A stretch of DNA of 63,504 nucleotides, counting the filler, from Folioceros fuciformis (taxonomy: Eukaryota): assembly GCA_049999805.1 (NCBI GenBank). It is 7 parts of 6 records of this genome, joined end to end, with 100 filler letters (N's around TTAATTAATTAA, not from the genome) between each part and the next. Parts side by side here need not be neighbours in the genome. Positions count along the whole stretch, not along the records: positions 1 to 13,626 come from JBNGIO010006119.1; positions 13,727 to 25,869 come from JBNGIO010006119.1; positions 25,970 to 29,346 come from JBNGIO010006125.1; 4 more parts are not named here. One strand, 5' to 3'. Made by a program: the position numbers and the translations under genes. The notes beneath the pieces are model-generated. The model was not told the origin of the DNA. It saw nothing but the letters and a program-made list of their open reading frames with translations, and did not search any database. Below are positions 13,253 through 26,054 of the stretch, one piece after another. Each line of letters opens with the position of its first letter. Position 1 is the stretch's first letter.

Positions 13253-13626
13253 ATGGACAACGGGGTTGTGGACCACCACGACAACGGGGATGGTGACCGT
13301 GTCCCCGCCGACATGATTGCTGTGGATCTGGCCACGCCTCCCAGGTCCCCTTACAGCAGGATCGCCAATGACGATGCCAGGAACAGTGTGGAGAAGGAGC
13401 CCTCCTCGCCAACCCATGCCATTTTTGAGCGCACGGAGCGCGAATCCAAGTTGGAGCTGTTCGAGTTCGATCCGCTGGTGGATGTCGTGGGCTTGAAGAG
13501 TATGGGGGGCCAGCAGCCGTCCACACCGCTGAGTCCTGGGGGAGAGGAGATTGCCATCACGTTGGGTCGGCCTAGGCCGAAGTCTGCCAAGCTGGGCACT
13601 CTCATGGGAGTTTTCATACCTTGCTT
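13253..13626 (+). CDS. CCC1: Cation-chloride cotransporter, N-terminal fragment truncated by spacer
   Basis: ESKLELFEFDPLVDVVGLKSM and KLGTLMGVFIPCL match the plant CCC N-terminus and the start of TM1. Confidence 0.85.
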
Positions 13627-13726
13627 NNNNNNNNNNNNNNNNNNNNNNNNNNNNNNNNNNNNNNNNNNNNTTAATTAATTAANNNNNNNNNNNNNNNNNN
13701 NNNNNNNNNNNNNNNNNNNNNNNNNN
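13627..13726. other. Artificial contig spacer N44-TTAATTAATTAA-N44 (also 25870-25969, 29347-29446, 37587-37686, 42620-42719, 46602-46701)
   Basis: Identical 100-bp construct occurs six times; the 12-mer puts stop codons in all six frames. Confidence 0.97.
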
Positions 13727-15344
13727 GGGGAACATCTGGCCCGAGAATACGGAGACATGGAGCAAGCGAGGACGGAAATTACCAGGCCACCTGACTCCAT
13801 TGCGCCAATCAGTGGAAAAGGAATCGGTGAAGCACCACGATAGAATCGAAGACTTCACTCAGACGTGGATCGGGCAGAGGAGGTCAGCATACTGCAGCTG
13901 GAGTTGGCCGAAACAAGAGAAGATGATGAGGCCAGAAAGCAGCTAGCGGATTCCTCGACATCCTGGAAAGGCAACTGGCAAAACTTGGAAAACGAGATGA
14001 CCACAGCAAGAGGACGGAGGAACTTGATGGACTTCAGTGATTCGAGAGCTCCTAGTCAGCCACCAGGGTGGCGGAATTACAGCAGGGGAAGCAAGTTGTT
14101 ACTAAAGGAGGAGCTGGATTACAGACCCCGGCGGGGAGGGCTCATAGTGCTGGGAAGGGCGTCACGTGATATTCACGTGTGATTAAAGTGTTAGAATGCC
14201 CTGGATATGATTCGGAGGTAGGCATGGTATCGACAACGGCGAGCGTCCCCCAAGTGGTCCAGTACAGTAGGTTGCATTCTAGTACAGTTTGTAGGTTGCA
14301 AGTCAGACTCAAGCCCCTCATTAAAGACGACTCTCACATGCGCCGCCTGGGTGGAGGGCAACAATCGACACCTCCGGGAACGGGGCGTCCACGGTACGTT
14401 CCTGGCGTGTGTGCGTGCATGTGACATTCCTTGTTGCGGATGGTGGATCATAAGCTTGGAGTGGCAGGTGGTGAAGCAGCCTTTCTGCCTGGTGGGAGGA
14501 GCAGAGTGCGAGCGTGCTGCAAGACTTCGACCCGCATCTGCTGTCGTGAGCCTGGGACAATGGGACGTGGAGGAGAACACGGTGCGCAATTGCTGGTGCT
14601 TGGGCATAGCGCGAGTGGAGAAGGAGAAGGATCTCATGTCGCCTGCGGAATTCGCAGCTATCGGTCAGACCAGTGACGAGAATGTAGCGGACCCGAATCC
14701 GAAGTACCTGGCTACACTCGGCCTGAACTGAGCGTCAAGGATGGCTGGAATTTCCAGATCGCGAACAGCTAGACGCTATCGCTTTGGAGACGACGTCTGG
14801 CTGCCGACTACGTCAGGCTGCAACTGGTAGGCAGGCACATTCGAGTCCTAAACTTCCATCGAGCTCCGAGCTAGGAATTCGCTGGGCCTGGCTGATTCTA
14901 CAATGGAAAGCAGGCCGGATCGTGACACGTGGATTTTGGCTCTCTTTCACTTTTTCTTAAGACACGGGCTAACAAACGTGCAAAGCCTTTGCGGACAAGC
15001 CGTAAAGGACATGGCACGAAGCACTTCGGTGTTCAAGTGGATGCCCCTCGAGCTGGCAGCAGCGGCTTTCAACATTGAGGACAACTTCCAATAAAGCGTA
15101 ACTTCCAATAAAGCGTGGCTTCCAAGACCGCAGTCGCGATCGTGCGCTCAGACTTCCTCCCCGAGACAAAACAAGTGAAGGCCACAGGATTAGGGCATCT
15201 AATGATTGTCAGCAGCTCGCATACAGGATATGTTTGTACAAAGGCAAGCGACACAGACTCACATCTCGTCGAGAAGGCGATCAGCTCATTTATATACACA
15301 TTTACAGATTCAGCCATACATACGATTTGCTCTCATCACCCGTT

Positions 15345-17047
15345 TTACGGCTGGGTTGGCAGCTGGGAACGAAGAAAGCTGAGAACGGAAGTCCACTACA
15401 CCGGCACGACAAAAGCTGTGGTTAGAGATAACTCTGGGGTTCTTCCAGTATGGTACGACGGAAATGACTTTGGGCCGTGTCCGGAATACCGGGAATGGGG
15501 GGACACAGGATGAGATGTATGTACCTTCTCTTTCAGACTTGGATCTTGGCTGCTCTTGTCCCAAGAGAGGCTTTCTAGAGTTTTGATACCTTCTTGAAAC
15601 CCTTCGTTACCGGCTTGCTCGTTTCCTAAGGCCCGATCCACGTCCGCCACCTTCGCCAAGGACACGGCAACGTCTAACACCTGACCACACCCCATATGTG
15701 TCAGTACCGCCAAACTTAACTCCCTACATGTACGACTGAACGGGAAAAAGCACAATAGGCCTTACCTGAGCGGATAGCACCTTGGAGTCCGTTAGAGCTT
15801 CCTTCCGGACGTCCAGGGCACGCTTATAATATGCACGTGCAGCAGTCAGATCCTCGGCATAATATCGCAGGTCTCCGAGCTTGTTTAAAGACACTGAAAG
15901 TGCGTGTACCATCTGTTCGATTGATGGAACCGCATGAGAAAAGAGATGATGAGCAAGGTTGGGTTAGGCGGAAGTCCAGCGGATGGCAAGAACTGGAGGG
16001 AAACAGGTGACAAACCTCCGAGTCCTTGTGCAACAGGTCCTCAAGTAGCTGCACGCTCCTCTCATAGTGCGTAATAGCGAGATCGTTGTCACCCATTGCT
16101 CTACTGCACGAAGACATACATATCTGAGTCACTCCTGTCACACTTAAGCACTTGCGAGACTCCCCGACCAACTAGCTTACCAGCAGTCCCCCAGCATACC
16201 GAGAACGGCCCCAAGCTGCGAGGAAACAGTCGGGTTGGAACGATCTCTTTCAAGCTCGTCCTGTGTATCCTCCACACACAATGTCAACCTTGCTTTCGCG
16301 CTCTCCAAGTTCCGAGCCTGGAAAGCCTGCACAAAAACACCAAGGCGAGCAACAGTCATGATCCATCCACTTGTAACACACACAAGGACTTGGGCTTGTT
16401 CAAATCACCCTCAATGCGTGCTGCAGAAGAAAGCTGCCTCTTTCCAACGACACATCCTCGTATGTCACCGCATCCTTCTTTGCTTCTTCCCCACCATCTT
16501 CTCCAGCATGCAGAGTAGGTCTTTTTATTCGACCATGTCCTTCAATGAACTGGTTAACCATCTGTTGCAGGTGCTCATGAGGTTCCGTTGCACTAATGTC
16601 AGCACCGCAGAGTGGACACTCCTGAAACTGCGAGACACAACCCCTGCGCACACTCAGACTATCGGGTCAGAGGAGCACCTTCCGCAGATGAAAACAGCAC
16701 TGGCAACATCCGCTGACGATAACGAACCTGCAATAGATATGGCCGCAGGGCACACATCGACAGGAATCGAAGAGAAGTGCCCGGCAAATCACACAACTCA
16801 GAGGCCCGATCTTGAACGATCCGGAATCGTATCCCAGTGGACATTTCGCAGCACCAGAACTGTCGGCAACGCCCCCGGCTTTCACGTCCTTGTCCTCCCC
16901 TTGCCGTTCACACTCTTGAGCTGAAGCATGCTCGCGATCCTTGCCACCCGGATTCTCATCCCCGTCTTGCCGTTTCTCCTGATCCCTCACTGGCCTCTCG
17001 GCACTGCTGATCCCGAGTCTGGAGAAGGGACACACCACCGCACTCAT
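15345..17047 (-). CDS. NCA1: NO CATALASE ACTIVITY 1-like RING + TPR catalase chaperone, multi-exon
   Basis: KCPLGYDSGSFKIGPLSCVICRALLF...CGHIYCR...CPLCGADI; YEDVSLERGSFLLQHALRAF; LSVSLNKLGDLRYY; LDVAVSLAKVADVDR; final exon WTSVLSFLRSQLPTQP*. Confidence 0.93.
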
Positions 17048-17771
17048 CTTGGACGGCACGGAGCTGAAACACAAAATTTCGTGCACGGCGANNNNNNNNN
17101 NNNNNNNNNNNNNNNNNNNNNNNNNNNNNNNNNNNNNNNNNNNNNNNNNNNNNNNNNNNNNNNNNNNNNNNNNNNNNNNNNNNNNNNNNNNCATCTTGGA
17201 CGGCACGGAGCTGAAACACAAAATTTCGTGCACGGCGATGTGATGGATCTGGCAGGGCAAACAATCACAAGCTGCGAAGCAGCGTTGCCCTCTGCGCCTG
17301 CGATCCTGGAGATGAAGCAATCCCTCCGATCCTGACCGCGATGAAGCGTCGTACGAGCTCCCCCAATATTAGGGCAGAAATATCCGCGATCCACCAAATC
17401 GATAGCCAGCTTCTCCGTGTATCTATCGCCTCGATCAACACTTCCCATCACTTCCATCTTTTCTGCTCTCACAACAATTGGCAAATGCTGTTATCGCGAA
17501 TCACCTCTCCTGCTTGCTGCTTATCCAGCCATCACACGGATAAGCAGGCTATCTGCCACCGGCTGCAACGAAGGACTCTTCGATTTTCGTGGATAGATCA
17601 GCATGCAGTTGTCCGCAAAATCAAGAAAGGCTGGAGCCGATTTCCCAGCTGATTATATTAGCACAAGTGGAAGAGAAACAGGAGGGTGACAACAGAGCAG
17701 AATCTGCTTGTCGGTTCCAGGGATCCCGTGTTCGTGGGACTCGGAATTGAGCTCTCACACCGACAGGTTGC

Positions 17772-19486
17772 ATGGCTGCGGTGGCGGGAATCCAGGGGTC
17801 TCCATCCACGAGGCTGCTACTTCAACCCTCCAGAACGCCCTGGGCGCTGGAGACCCACAACGGGATCGGCATTGCACGCGTCCCTTCCAGGCGCAACCGA
17901 CTTATGATCAGTGAGTGAAAAGTCACGTTCTCGTGTTCCGCTGATTTGGACAAGGATACATGAATGCGGGGTTGAGATGTGCAGAGGCTGTGATGGCGGG
18001 AGACCCTGTGAGGGAGTGGATTCTTGAACAAGGGGGAGCCTCGGCAATCAAACGGATCTCAGCTGTTGGAGGAGGCTGTATCAGCACCGCCAGTCGATAC
18101 GACACTGATGCTGGTTCCTTCTTTGTGAAAACCAACAGGCAGAGTACTGAAATCCTCTGCATTGCATCCGGTTGTGAGTCGCTGGCAACGTGAGCTGACC
18201 AAGGGCCCTTTGTCGCTCAGAGATTTTGAGCCTGCAATGTTTGAGGCAGAAGCTGCTGGACTGGATGCAATGTATGCTACCGGCACGATTCGTGTGCCCA
18301 AACCTTTCAAGGTTGGTTGTCTCGCACCGGCACCCTGTATGATGTCCGTAGATTCCACGCGGGTGCCCGCCTTGTGTCTCTCACACGCTTTGTGGGAACC
18401 GTCACCAGGTTGGATCCTTGCCAGGACGAGGTTCTTTCATCATTATGGAGTTCATAGAGTTTGGTTCTGGCAAAAGTCAGGTGCACTGCATCATGCCCGC
18501 CACCTGCAAGTCCCAACTCATTGCGGATTGGTATGCAAAGTGGCTTCGTGTTTTCCCTCGTCACCCAGAGTGCAATCACAGGCAGAGCTAGGACGGCAAC
18601 TGGCACAGATGCACAAAGCTGGTGTGTCAGACAAGGGTTTTGGTTTCCATGTGGACAACACGATTGGCAGGTGAATCTTTTCCTGCGTTTAGCAAGCTGC
18701 TCACAGGCATGTGCGGTGGCTAATTCTTTTTCATTTGCCGCAGCACCCCTCAGAAAAACCCGTGGACAGCAGATTGGGTCACGTTCTTTCGTGACAGCAG
18801 ACTTGGTTTTCAGCTCAAACTCCTTAAAGACCAGTACCAAGACAACGACCTGTATCAAAAGGGTGTGTTTCTGGATTCCTCTTTCCGAGTGCTTAACTCC
18901 CCTAGAAATCTGTTTGTGCACAGGTAAGAAAGATGGGGCATAACGCGATGAATGGGATGAGTTTGCAGGGCAACAATTACTGGCAAAGCTGCCTTCCCTG
19001 ATGAAGGATGTGGAAGTGAAGCCCTGTCTTCTGCACGGGGACTTATGGAGTGGCAACATATCTGCGGACAAGCAGGGTTCGCCTGTGATACTGGACCCAG
19101 CTTGCTACTGTGAGTCCTCAGATTTACCCACCAGCCTCACATCCTTGATAATCTGCACACCATCCCACGTCTGAACACTACTTGCTGCTGCAGATGGTCA
19201 CAACGAGGCCGAGTTTGGGATGTCTTGGTGTGCCAGTTTTAACCAGAGTTTCTACAACGCCTACTTTGAGGTTGGTGTTGTAGGAGAAATCAGCATGGTT
19301 CACGTCCCGAATGTTTCGTCCTCAATACCCCTCCTGTCGTCCATGGCCTGTTAGGTTAACCCAAAACAATCAGGATTTGAAGAGAGAGCCGAGCTCTACA
19401 AGTTGTACCACTACCTCAACCATTACAACCTATTTGGTTCAGGATACCGTTCCTCCTGCCTCTCCATCATCAACAGGTTCGCATAG
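17772..19486 (+). CDS. Protein-ribulosamine 3-kinase (fructosamine kinase family), chloroplastic, multi-exon
   Basis: Transit-like exon [70 protein letters not shown]; stop at 19484-19486. Confidence 0.93.
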
Positions 19487-20425
19487 CTTGAACAACCCAG
19501 GGTACAAACCTTGCGTCCCCGGGACACAAGGTATGAGACGCAACTTCAACAGATTCTTAAGATACCTCCAACGCCGGCGATCATATCTTTTTAAACAAAT
19601 TTGTATTGTCGAGGTGCTCTCTTTCACGCCATTGCTGGTTTCTGTCTAGGTTTCACCCCTTTGCTTGCATGATGTTGTATAAGTTAATAGATAGCTCAAG
19701 TTGAGGGCAAACCATCACAAAAGACACCTGGGCCCAGGAACACCGTGAACCGTTCAAAGGGAAACGCCAAGGTCCTACCAACTTTCCTGTGGGAGGCTTT
19801 CACAAAACCAGACGCAAATGTGAACGACCTCGGTCTTGAAGAAACTCTGAACACTGTCAATCAACACAATGTTACAGTCTCGTGATAGACAAGACAAACC
19901 CTCAGCGCAATCCCACCGCATATTCCCTTCGCGCCTTCAATTTTCACGCAAAATTCAATGTTGGGCAGGAATGTCGAAGGGTATCAGAGGATTTGCATGG
20001 TTGAATGATGCATGTGCAGTAGGACGAAGGATCGTTAACTAAGGTTACCTTGGTGTGTGAGTTTGACCAGAGTAGCTCGCAGAAAAATGAGTCTTATTTC
20101 CAAAAAATACTTACATACTTCTCTTTGGAGAATAAGAATGTTAATAGTCAAAGTCAATCTAAGTCAAGTAAATAGAGATGCCCCAAAGATATTTGATGTA
20201 TATAGAGGTACTGTGGAACAGGTGAGGTACAGGCCAGGTACAGCAAGCAGGACGACCGACCCACGAGTTCTGAATCGGAGCATACAGTGTACTCGTTTCA
20301 GTGATATTCTCGTGTTTTTATCATTTTTTATTCCTTATGTAGCCTTATTTGCTTCGGTCTTACGTTACGGGGGGTACCGTGTATGTGTGTATGCCAACGT
20401 GCAGCAGGCCTGAGCCGTCACCGAA

Positions 20426-20899
20426 ATGGGTACGAGGGCAAAAGGCATCGTCGTGCTGCTCATAGTGAGCGTGTGCTTCAGTGTCGTGTCGTGTGGCGCA
20501 CACGAGCAGAGCAATCTTGGCGGACGCGGGCGGTTGCTGAAAGGAGCGCTGTCTCTCACGCCCGACGCGAGCTCCGGCAGGCGAGGCCTTCTTGATTTCT
20601 CGGACTTGTCCATCCCCTTCGCCTGCACATTACAGGGGTGCAGCGGGGGCGGATGTTGCCCGCTCACAAGCTGTCAAACAGTGTTCTTCTTCGGCAACCT
20701 GTGTCTCCCGATAGCGGGGCTGGCGTCTGCGGACGACCTAGGGTTAGAGTTGGACGCCAATCCCCCGCTGGAGTCCTCTGAGCTGCGCCCGGGCGACGAG
20801 GTTCCGGGATCTGACGCCGCGGCTTCGGTTCCGCTCGCCTCCACTGAGCAGGATCCGCTTCCGGAGTCTCCGTCCGTGTGGAGTGAAGCAGGCGTGTGA
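20426..20899 (+). CDS. Secreted cysteine-rich peptide precursor (knottin/ICK-like C-C-CC-C-C core)
   Basis: Hydrophobic signal peptide, prodomain with RLL and RRGLL, Cys spacing C-x4-C-x4-CC-x4-C-x9-C, acidic Pro-rich tail; single exon. Confidence 0.7.
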   Translation: MGTRAKGIVVLLIVSVCFSVVSCGAHEQSNLGGRGRLLKGALSLTPDASSGRRGLLDFSDLSIPFACTLQGCSGGGCCPLTSCQTVFFFGNLCLPIAGLASADDLGLELDANPPLESSELRPGDEVPGSDAAASVPLASTEQDPLPESPSVWSEAGV

Positions 20900-21701
20900 A
20901 ATAGAGGTAATTGGACTCGGGAAGTGCCGCGTGCTCCACTTCCGGGTGCGTGAAGTAGGGATTTGTGGTCCGAAGTTCGGACCTGTGTGTGTAGCTCTGC
21001 TATGTGTGAATGTACGTTTGTAGTTCCGCTCCCGCGTTGTCGATGGCCTCTGAAGGTTGAGGTTGTAATTGACGATACCGAATACTGTACACCATGGTTT
21101 GGATTGCCCTGACTTCTTTTCCTTCTCCGGAGTCGCGTTTGAGTGAAGGCTGCGTCGGTCCGGGGAGGTGTCATCGTTTGTGGTTTTGAATTGCCATGGC
21201 CGCTTCATCGAGTGCCTGTCAGCAAAGAGCTTCAAGCTCTGGTACCTGATTCCGCGATATGGAGCCCCATGTGTGTGTCGCAGATGTGGTGGCGTCGTGG
21301 TGGTGAGATGCACGTTTGAGGTTCTACCAGACTGGTGTGGCTTGATCCTTGGACCCTCCGGATCATCGACCGCACCTCGATGCTCGCTCGGACTTTGTCT
21401 AGTTCCAATTTCTGGCATTTCTTCTTGAAGGATCAAAAATTCCTCTTTTTCAATTTTTAAAAAAATAACTAATCATCCAAGGGCCTACGTATTGCTCTCA
21501 GGGGAATTATTAGTCGTACCTATTTTTAAAAGATAGGTATAATCAAACATTAAATATTACCTATGTTTTAGGATTGTTAGATTCTTAATCTCTTTTGAGA
21601 TGATGCATGTTTGGACTACATGTTTGCATGTTGTGAACAGAGTAAGGAGTACTCCATCCAGATCTTGCATACTTATTTCTCAGCTCATCAATACCCAACA
21701 A

Positions 21702-21840
21702 CACACACTTTTGATCACACACTTTTGATCACACACTTTTGATCACACACTTTTGATCCCACACTTTTGATCACACACTTTTGATCACACACTTTTGATC
21801 TCATACTTTTGATCACACTTTTGATCACACACTTTTGATC
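21702..21840. repeat. Minisatellite, 14-bp unit CACACACTTTTGAT x ~10
   Basis: Head-to-tail copies with few variants and no spacers. Confidence 0.95.
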
Positions 21841-21975
21841 ATACAAAGGAGACACACTGGATGATTACATAGTAGGGTGGGAAGGAGCTCTTACTACAAA
21901 TATGTTGTGGGTCATCAAGTTGTGTTATTCTAGATAGTGGAAGATGCAAAACTTGTGACCACTTCATCTTCCACT

Positions 21976-24900
21976 ATGGGGGCAGTTATAGTAGAGTAAG
22001 CTAAGATCTACATATGTTACTTCACACTAAATTTCTTTATGAAAGAAAAGAATCACTTGACTCTGATAACACAAATTGATTACTCTTTGTGGGTGGATTA
22101 GATATGTCATTGGTTACCAAGGTGCACCACTTTGTTATGTGGATAATGCAAGAGCTTTGTCAATTTGCGGAAACTCAATATGTTATTACTCTCTCTGTGG
22201 TGCCAAAAACACACATGCCTTTTGGGGTGAAGGAGTTGGAATGTCTACCATTGCATACCATCCACAAACCCAATATGTTGCTTATGCTGAAAAGGTAAAG
22301 CTCTTTCTACAAATTGGATATGAATCTTGTACTCTTGTAGAAAACTTGCCCACTTAGCTGCTAGCTTGTTTTCAAGAACTGGGTATCAATACATATGTAA
22401 TTCATGACAACAAAGTTCAAAGATACTTGATGCTTGTTCCCTACTTTGCATTCAGGGACTTAAACCATCTGTTTACATTCATGACTGCAAGGATCAAAGA
22501 TACAGGCTGATTACAAAACTTTCAGGTGATCTTTTTATGGATAACTAGATCTTTTCTTTAGAAGAGATTTAGCAGTTCCATACAGTGAAATAATATCATG
22601 AACTTGGAGTAAGATTTCAAATTCTTGTAGTATAAGATGTAAAGATGGATATCTATGTTTCAGATGTAGCTGAACTAGAGATATCGGCGTTAGCATTTTC
22701 TAATGATGCTCAATTGTTTGCAACATGTTCTCGTGAACCTGATTTTCGTTTAGTAAGAATCCTTTTGAAACCTTTTTGTTAATCTTATTATTTGTTTAAT
22801 GGGAGAGATAATTTTTGTGTAGTTGGTATGTAGATATTGTGGGTCATTCAAGGCAATTCAGCAGAAAAGCTGATTGAGGGGCACTTGGGAGAGTGTATTG
22901 TACAAGACATTCACTTCAACCCATTGAATAGGAATCAACTATGTGTTTCAGGATGTGGAGAAATTTGCATATGGACTTTGCAATCTAGTTACCATGTAAA
23001 CTCTAAGCAACAACTCTTGCATTGATATGCTAATCAATTCTTGGGTGTAACTAGTTTAGTGCACTAATGTACTATCCAGAAGTTCTCAAGCCTAGTTTAT
23101 ATGAGTTATTTAATTAAGCTTTGACATGTGACTAGTATTGGTTGCATTGATCACTTGGTTTGTGTGATGCAGAAAACATCCTTCACTTGTAACAAATTAT
23201 CAATGGGAACTCATGTTCCTTTGTGCTTCACTTGGACATCCTTTGAGAACATCATGTATGTGGCTGGAAAAGAGGGAGAGATATTCGTCTTCAACATAAG
23301 ATCAAATGTGACTATACAAGGAGAGAATGAGTTGCACCAACTACAAAGGACAGTCAAAGTTCATAGTGCTTCTGCTATAACTCATATATGTGTTGGAGAT
23401 GGGCATTTGTTGTTAGCCATGGATGGCGGGCAACTATTGTGGGTGCAAAATCCATGGACTGGTGAGTCCTTAGTGGAGGAGACACACACAATCAATCCTC
23501 CCTACTTACTTTGCTTCATTCATAGTGTAATGCAAACTTATGGATAACTCATCTCAGAAGCCTTTGACATGGTACTTCATTTTTAGGTCTCCCTCAACAA
23601 GGTTCCACATCTATAGAGTTGGCACCATTGAGCCCTACTTTAGACACAATAATTGAGATGCACCTACCTGTTCCTGATATTGTGTCTATTTCATATAGAG
23701 ATGATGGTGCCCAAGTTCTGGTAGGATCATCAAATGGAGTGATGATAACTCTCCATGTGTCTACCACATTGTTGCAACACATGCAAGCTCATGGAATTAC
23801 ACCTATGGTTGAAGTAAAGACAGAAGATCACAAATCAAAGCCATTGCCAATAGTGCAAGACCATCACAAAGGAGCACCGCAGGCACCAGCAGTTGATTCT
23901 AAACCAAAGCCTCAATCACAAGTTGCTTCAATAGAATGGCAAAGTGCTCACCACATCGGCTCTGTGTTGGCTATGGGCACTTTAAGGTAACCTCATGTTT
24001 GTAAATTCATGTGCAGATAACCCTAATCCTAATTTGATGCATGCTCACATACTTCCATTCAATTGTGCAGGGATGGAAAGTATTTAGTAACTTGTGGAAG
24101 GGATTCTACAGTAAGAATATGGGAGGCTGATAAAGGAAAGGAAGTTTATTATCACCAATTTAAATTTATACAAAATTGTTTAGCCACACATGAGCCCAAT
24201 GTACGTGATTGATATCTTTTTCAAGAAAAATAAAAAGTATAGAGAAAAAAAGTATTTCATCTAAAAAAATCTAATAAAAAGATTTATTATCAGAGCTTAG
24301 TAGCGTTAGGAGCAGAAAATGGTGATATTCATATTTTAAAAGTGGATTCTGTAGGACATTGTATTATTATTTTCCATAGCAAGGTGCATAGGTGTTCTTT
24401 GGATGTGGTAAGAAAATTACAATTGTAGAACATTTATCTGCAAAAATATTCTACATATAACACCTAGTTTCATAATTGTTCGTAACCTTGGCTCAAAACA
24501 TGATGCGTTTGTAGATCCTCTTCAACACCACAAATTCTATGCTAGTTGTTGCATCACACGCAGATGAAAGAGTATTCTTTCTTCAAAGTGAAACACCTAA
24601 TTGGATGCATTTACAACTTTTAGGGTTTGCATTAATGAAGGACCCTGTGTTATCTATGGCTTGGGATATTCAATCTAAAGGTGAAGAACCAGTAGGCCCA
24701 AGATGTAGTGCTTCCTTTTCTTAAAACCCCAATTAGGTTGTGCATTGTTGCTACCAAGAGATTAGGATGAGTTTCCTTCACAATACCCAATACTTCATTC
24801 TCCTCATATCAGCAAGACTGCAACAGGAGATGAAGATATGTATATCATGATATCCTTAGTTCGAGGGGAGATTGTTCGAATCAAAGTACCCACAACAAGA

Positions 24901-25747
24901 GCTCCAGGAGGAGGACTTGTGTTTGAAGCCAAGGTTATCAGACGAATCAGGTTTGTCCACTTCCTTCAAAGACTACCAACAAAACCATCCATGGTTGTAA
25001 TTCCACTCTAAAACGCATATAGTCATGATACAGAACATAACATACAACAACTCACAACTTCTAGACTTTTAAATTAAATGACACTAATGCAACTAATTTT
25101 CCCAGTATTCGAACTACAGTTCCTCTCAACTCGATTGTGGTGGGCAAGTATTACCTTGAAAAGGAGGGCGTAGAAAGGCGAGTAGTTTGGGGACTTGCTG
25201 CAGATAAAAAGCTCCTGCTGTATAGACTACCTGACAGTTTGCAAGGATGGACTGGCCCAGATGCCATGCCTCATACCGCTCAACACAGTCTATTAGCACA
25301 TGCAAAGCCTGGATTTGCAATCGGTTAGTACTGTATTGGGTCCAAGTCTAAGCCATCGTGTATGAGAAAGCATTTGCTGTTTTCGTAAACTCACACTCTA
25401 ATGCCCACATTTTTCAACTCTTAGTTTTTCTGCCGGATGCCTCCATCCTTGTGACTGGGGCTGAAGATGGCGTGTTGCAAATAAGAAACTCTGTCTTAGA
25501 CCCTGTGAAACCTCCAACTAAGGTGCTTGAATTATTCATTCGCTCTTTTATTTCTCATTGTAGATAAAAATGAGCTGTTAACACTATACAACACTTCCAG
25601 GTGTTGGAAATCAAAATGTTTGACGGACATAGTGGAGGAATAACGTGTGCCACCATAGGAGGCGGAAGACTGTTTGTAGGAAGCGCGACTGGCTTAATAT
25701 TCTCATGTGATGCAGCTGACGTTGGCATCGTTAAAATGCGTGGAAGT
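21976..25747 (+). CDS. CFAP43: Cilia/flagella WD40 protein CFAP43 (FAP43/WDR96)-like, 5' half, truncated at spacer
   Basis: RYVIGYQGAPLCYVDN...ICGNSICYY, VAYAEKGLKPSVYIH and ALAFSNDAQLFATCSREPDFRLILW resemble the CFAP43/44 N-terminal propeller. Later WD repeats include YLVTCGRDSTVRIWE and ILVTGAEDGVLQIR. There is no long acidic leader as in CFAP44. Confidence 0.72.
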
Positions 25748-26054
25748 AAGCTTATATTATCTTAATTAAAATACATCTAAAACTTTAAGTTTTAGAAGTC
25801 TAAAATGCATATCTATATATTTTAAATAAAATTTCATAAAACATTGTTATCTAATAAATCATTACAAAANNNNNNNNNNNNNNNNNNNNNNNNNNNNNNN
25901 NNNNNNNNNNNNNTTAATTAATTAANNNNNNNNNNNNNNNNNNNNNNNNNNNNNNNNNNNNNNNNNNNNACTTTACAGGGGGCGATTTGTTATTTTTTCA
26001 AGACTTACAAGCTGTAGAAATTGGATAGTCCTCTTGTGTTTTTTTAAAAACACA

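Noticed and set aside
13671..13682. TTAATTAATTAA as a biological motif
   Set aside because: Always centred in exactly 44+44 N; it is an assembly linker.
17045..17238. 47-bp direct repeat at the NCA1 start
   Set aside because: Identical sequence on both sides of a 100-N gap, typical of an unmerged contig overlap.
21702..21840. CRISPR-like array
   Set aside because: Contiguous 14-bp units with no unique spacers, no cas genes, eukaryotic context.
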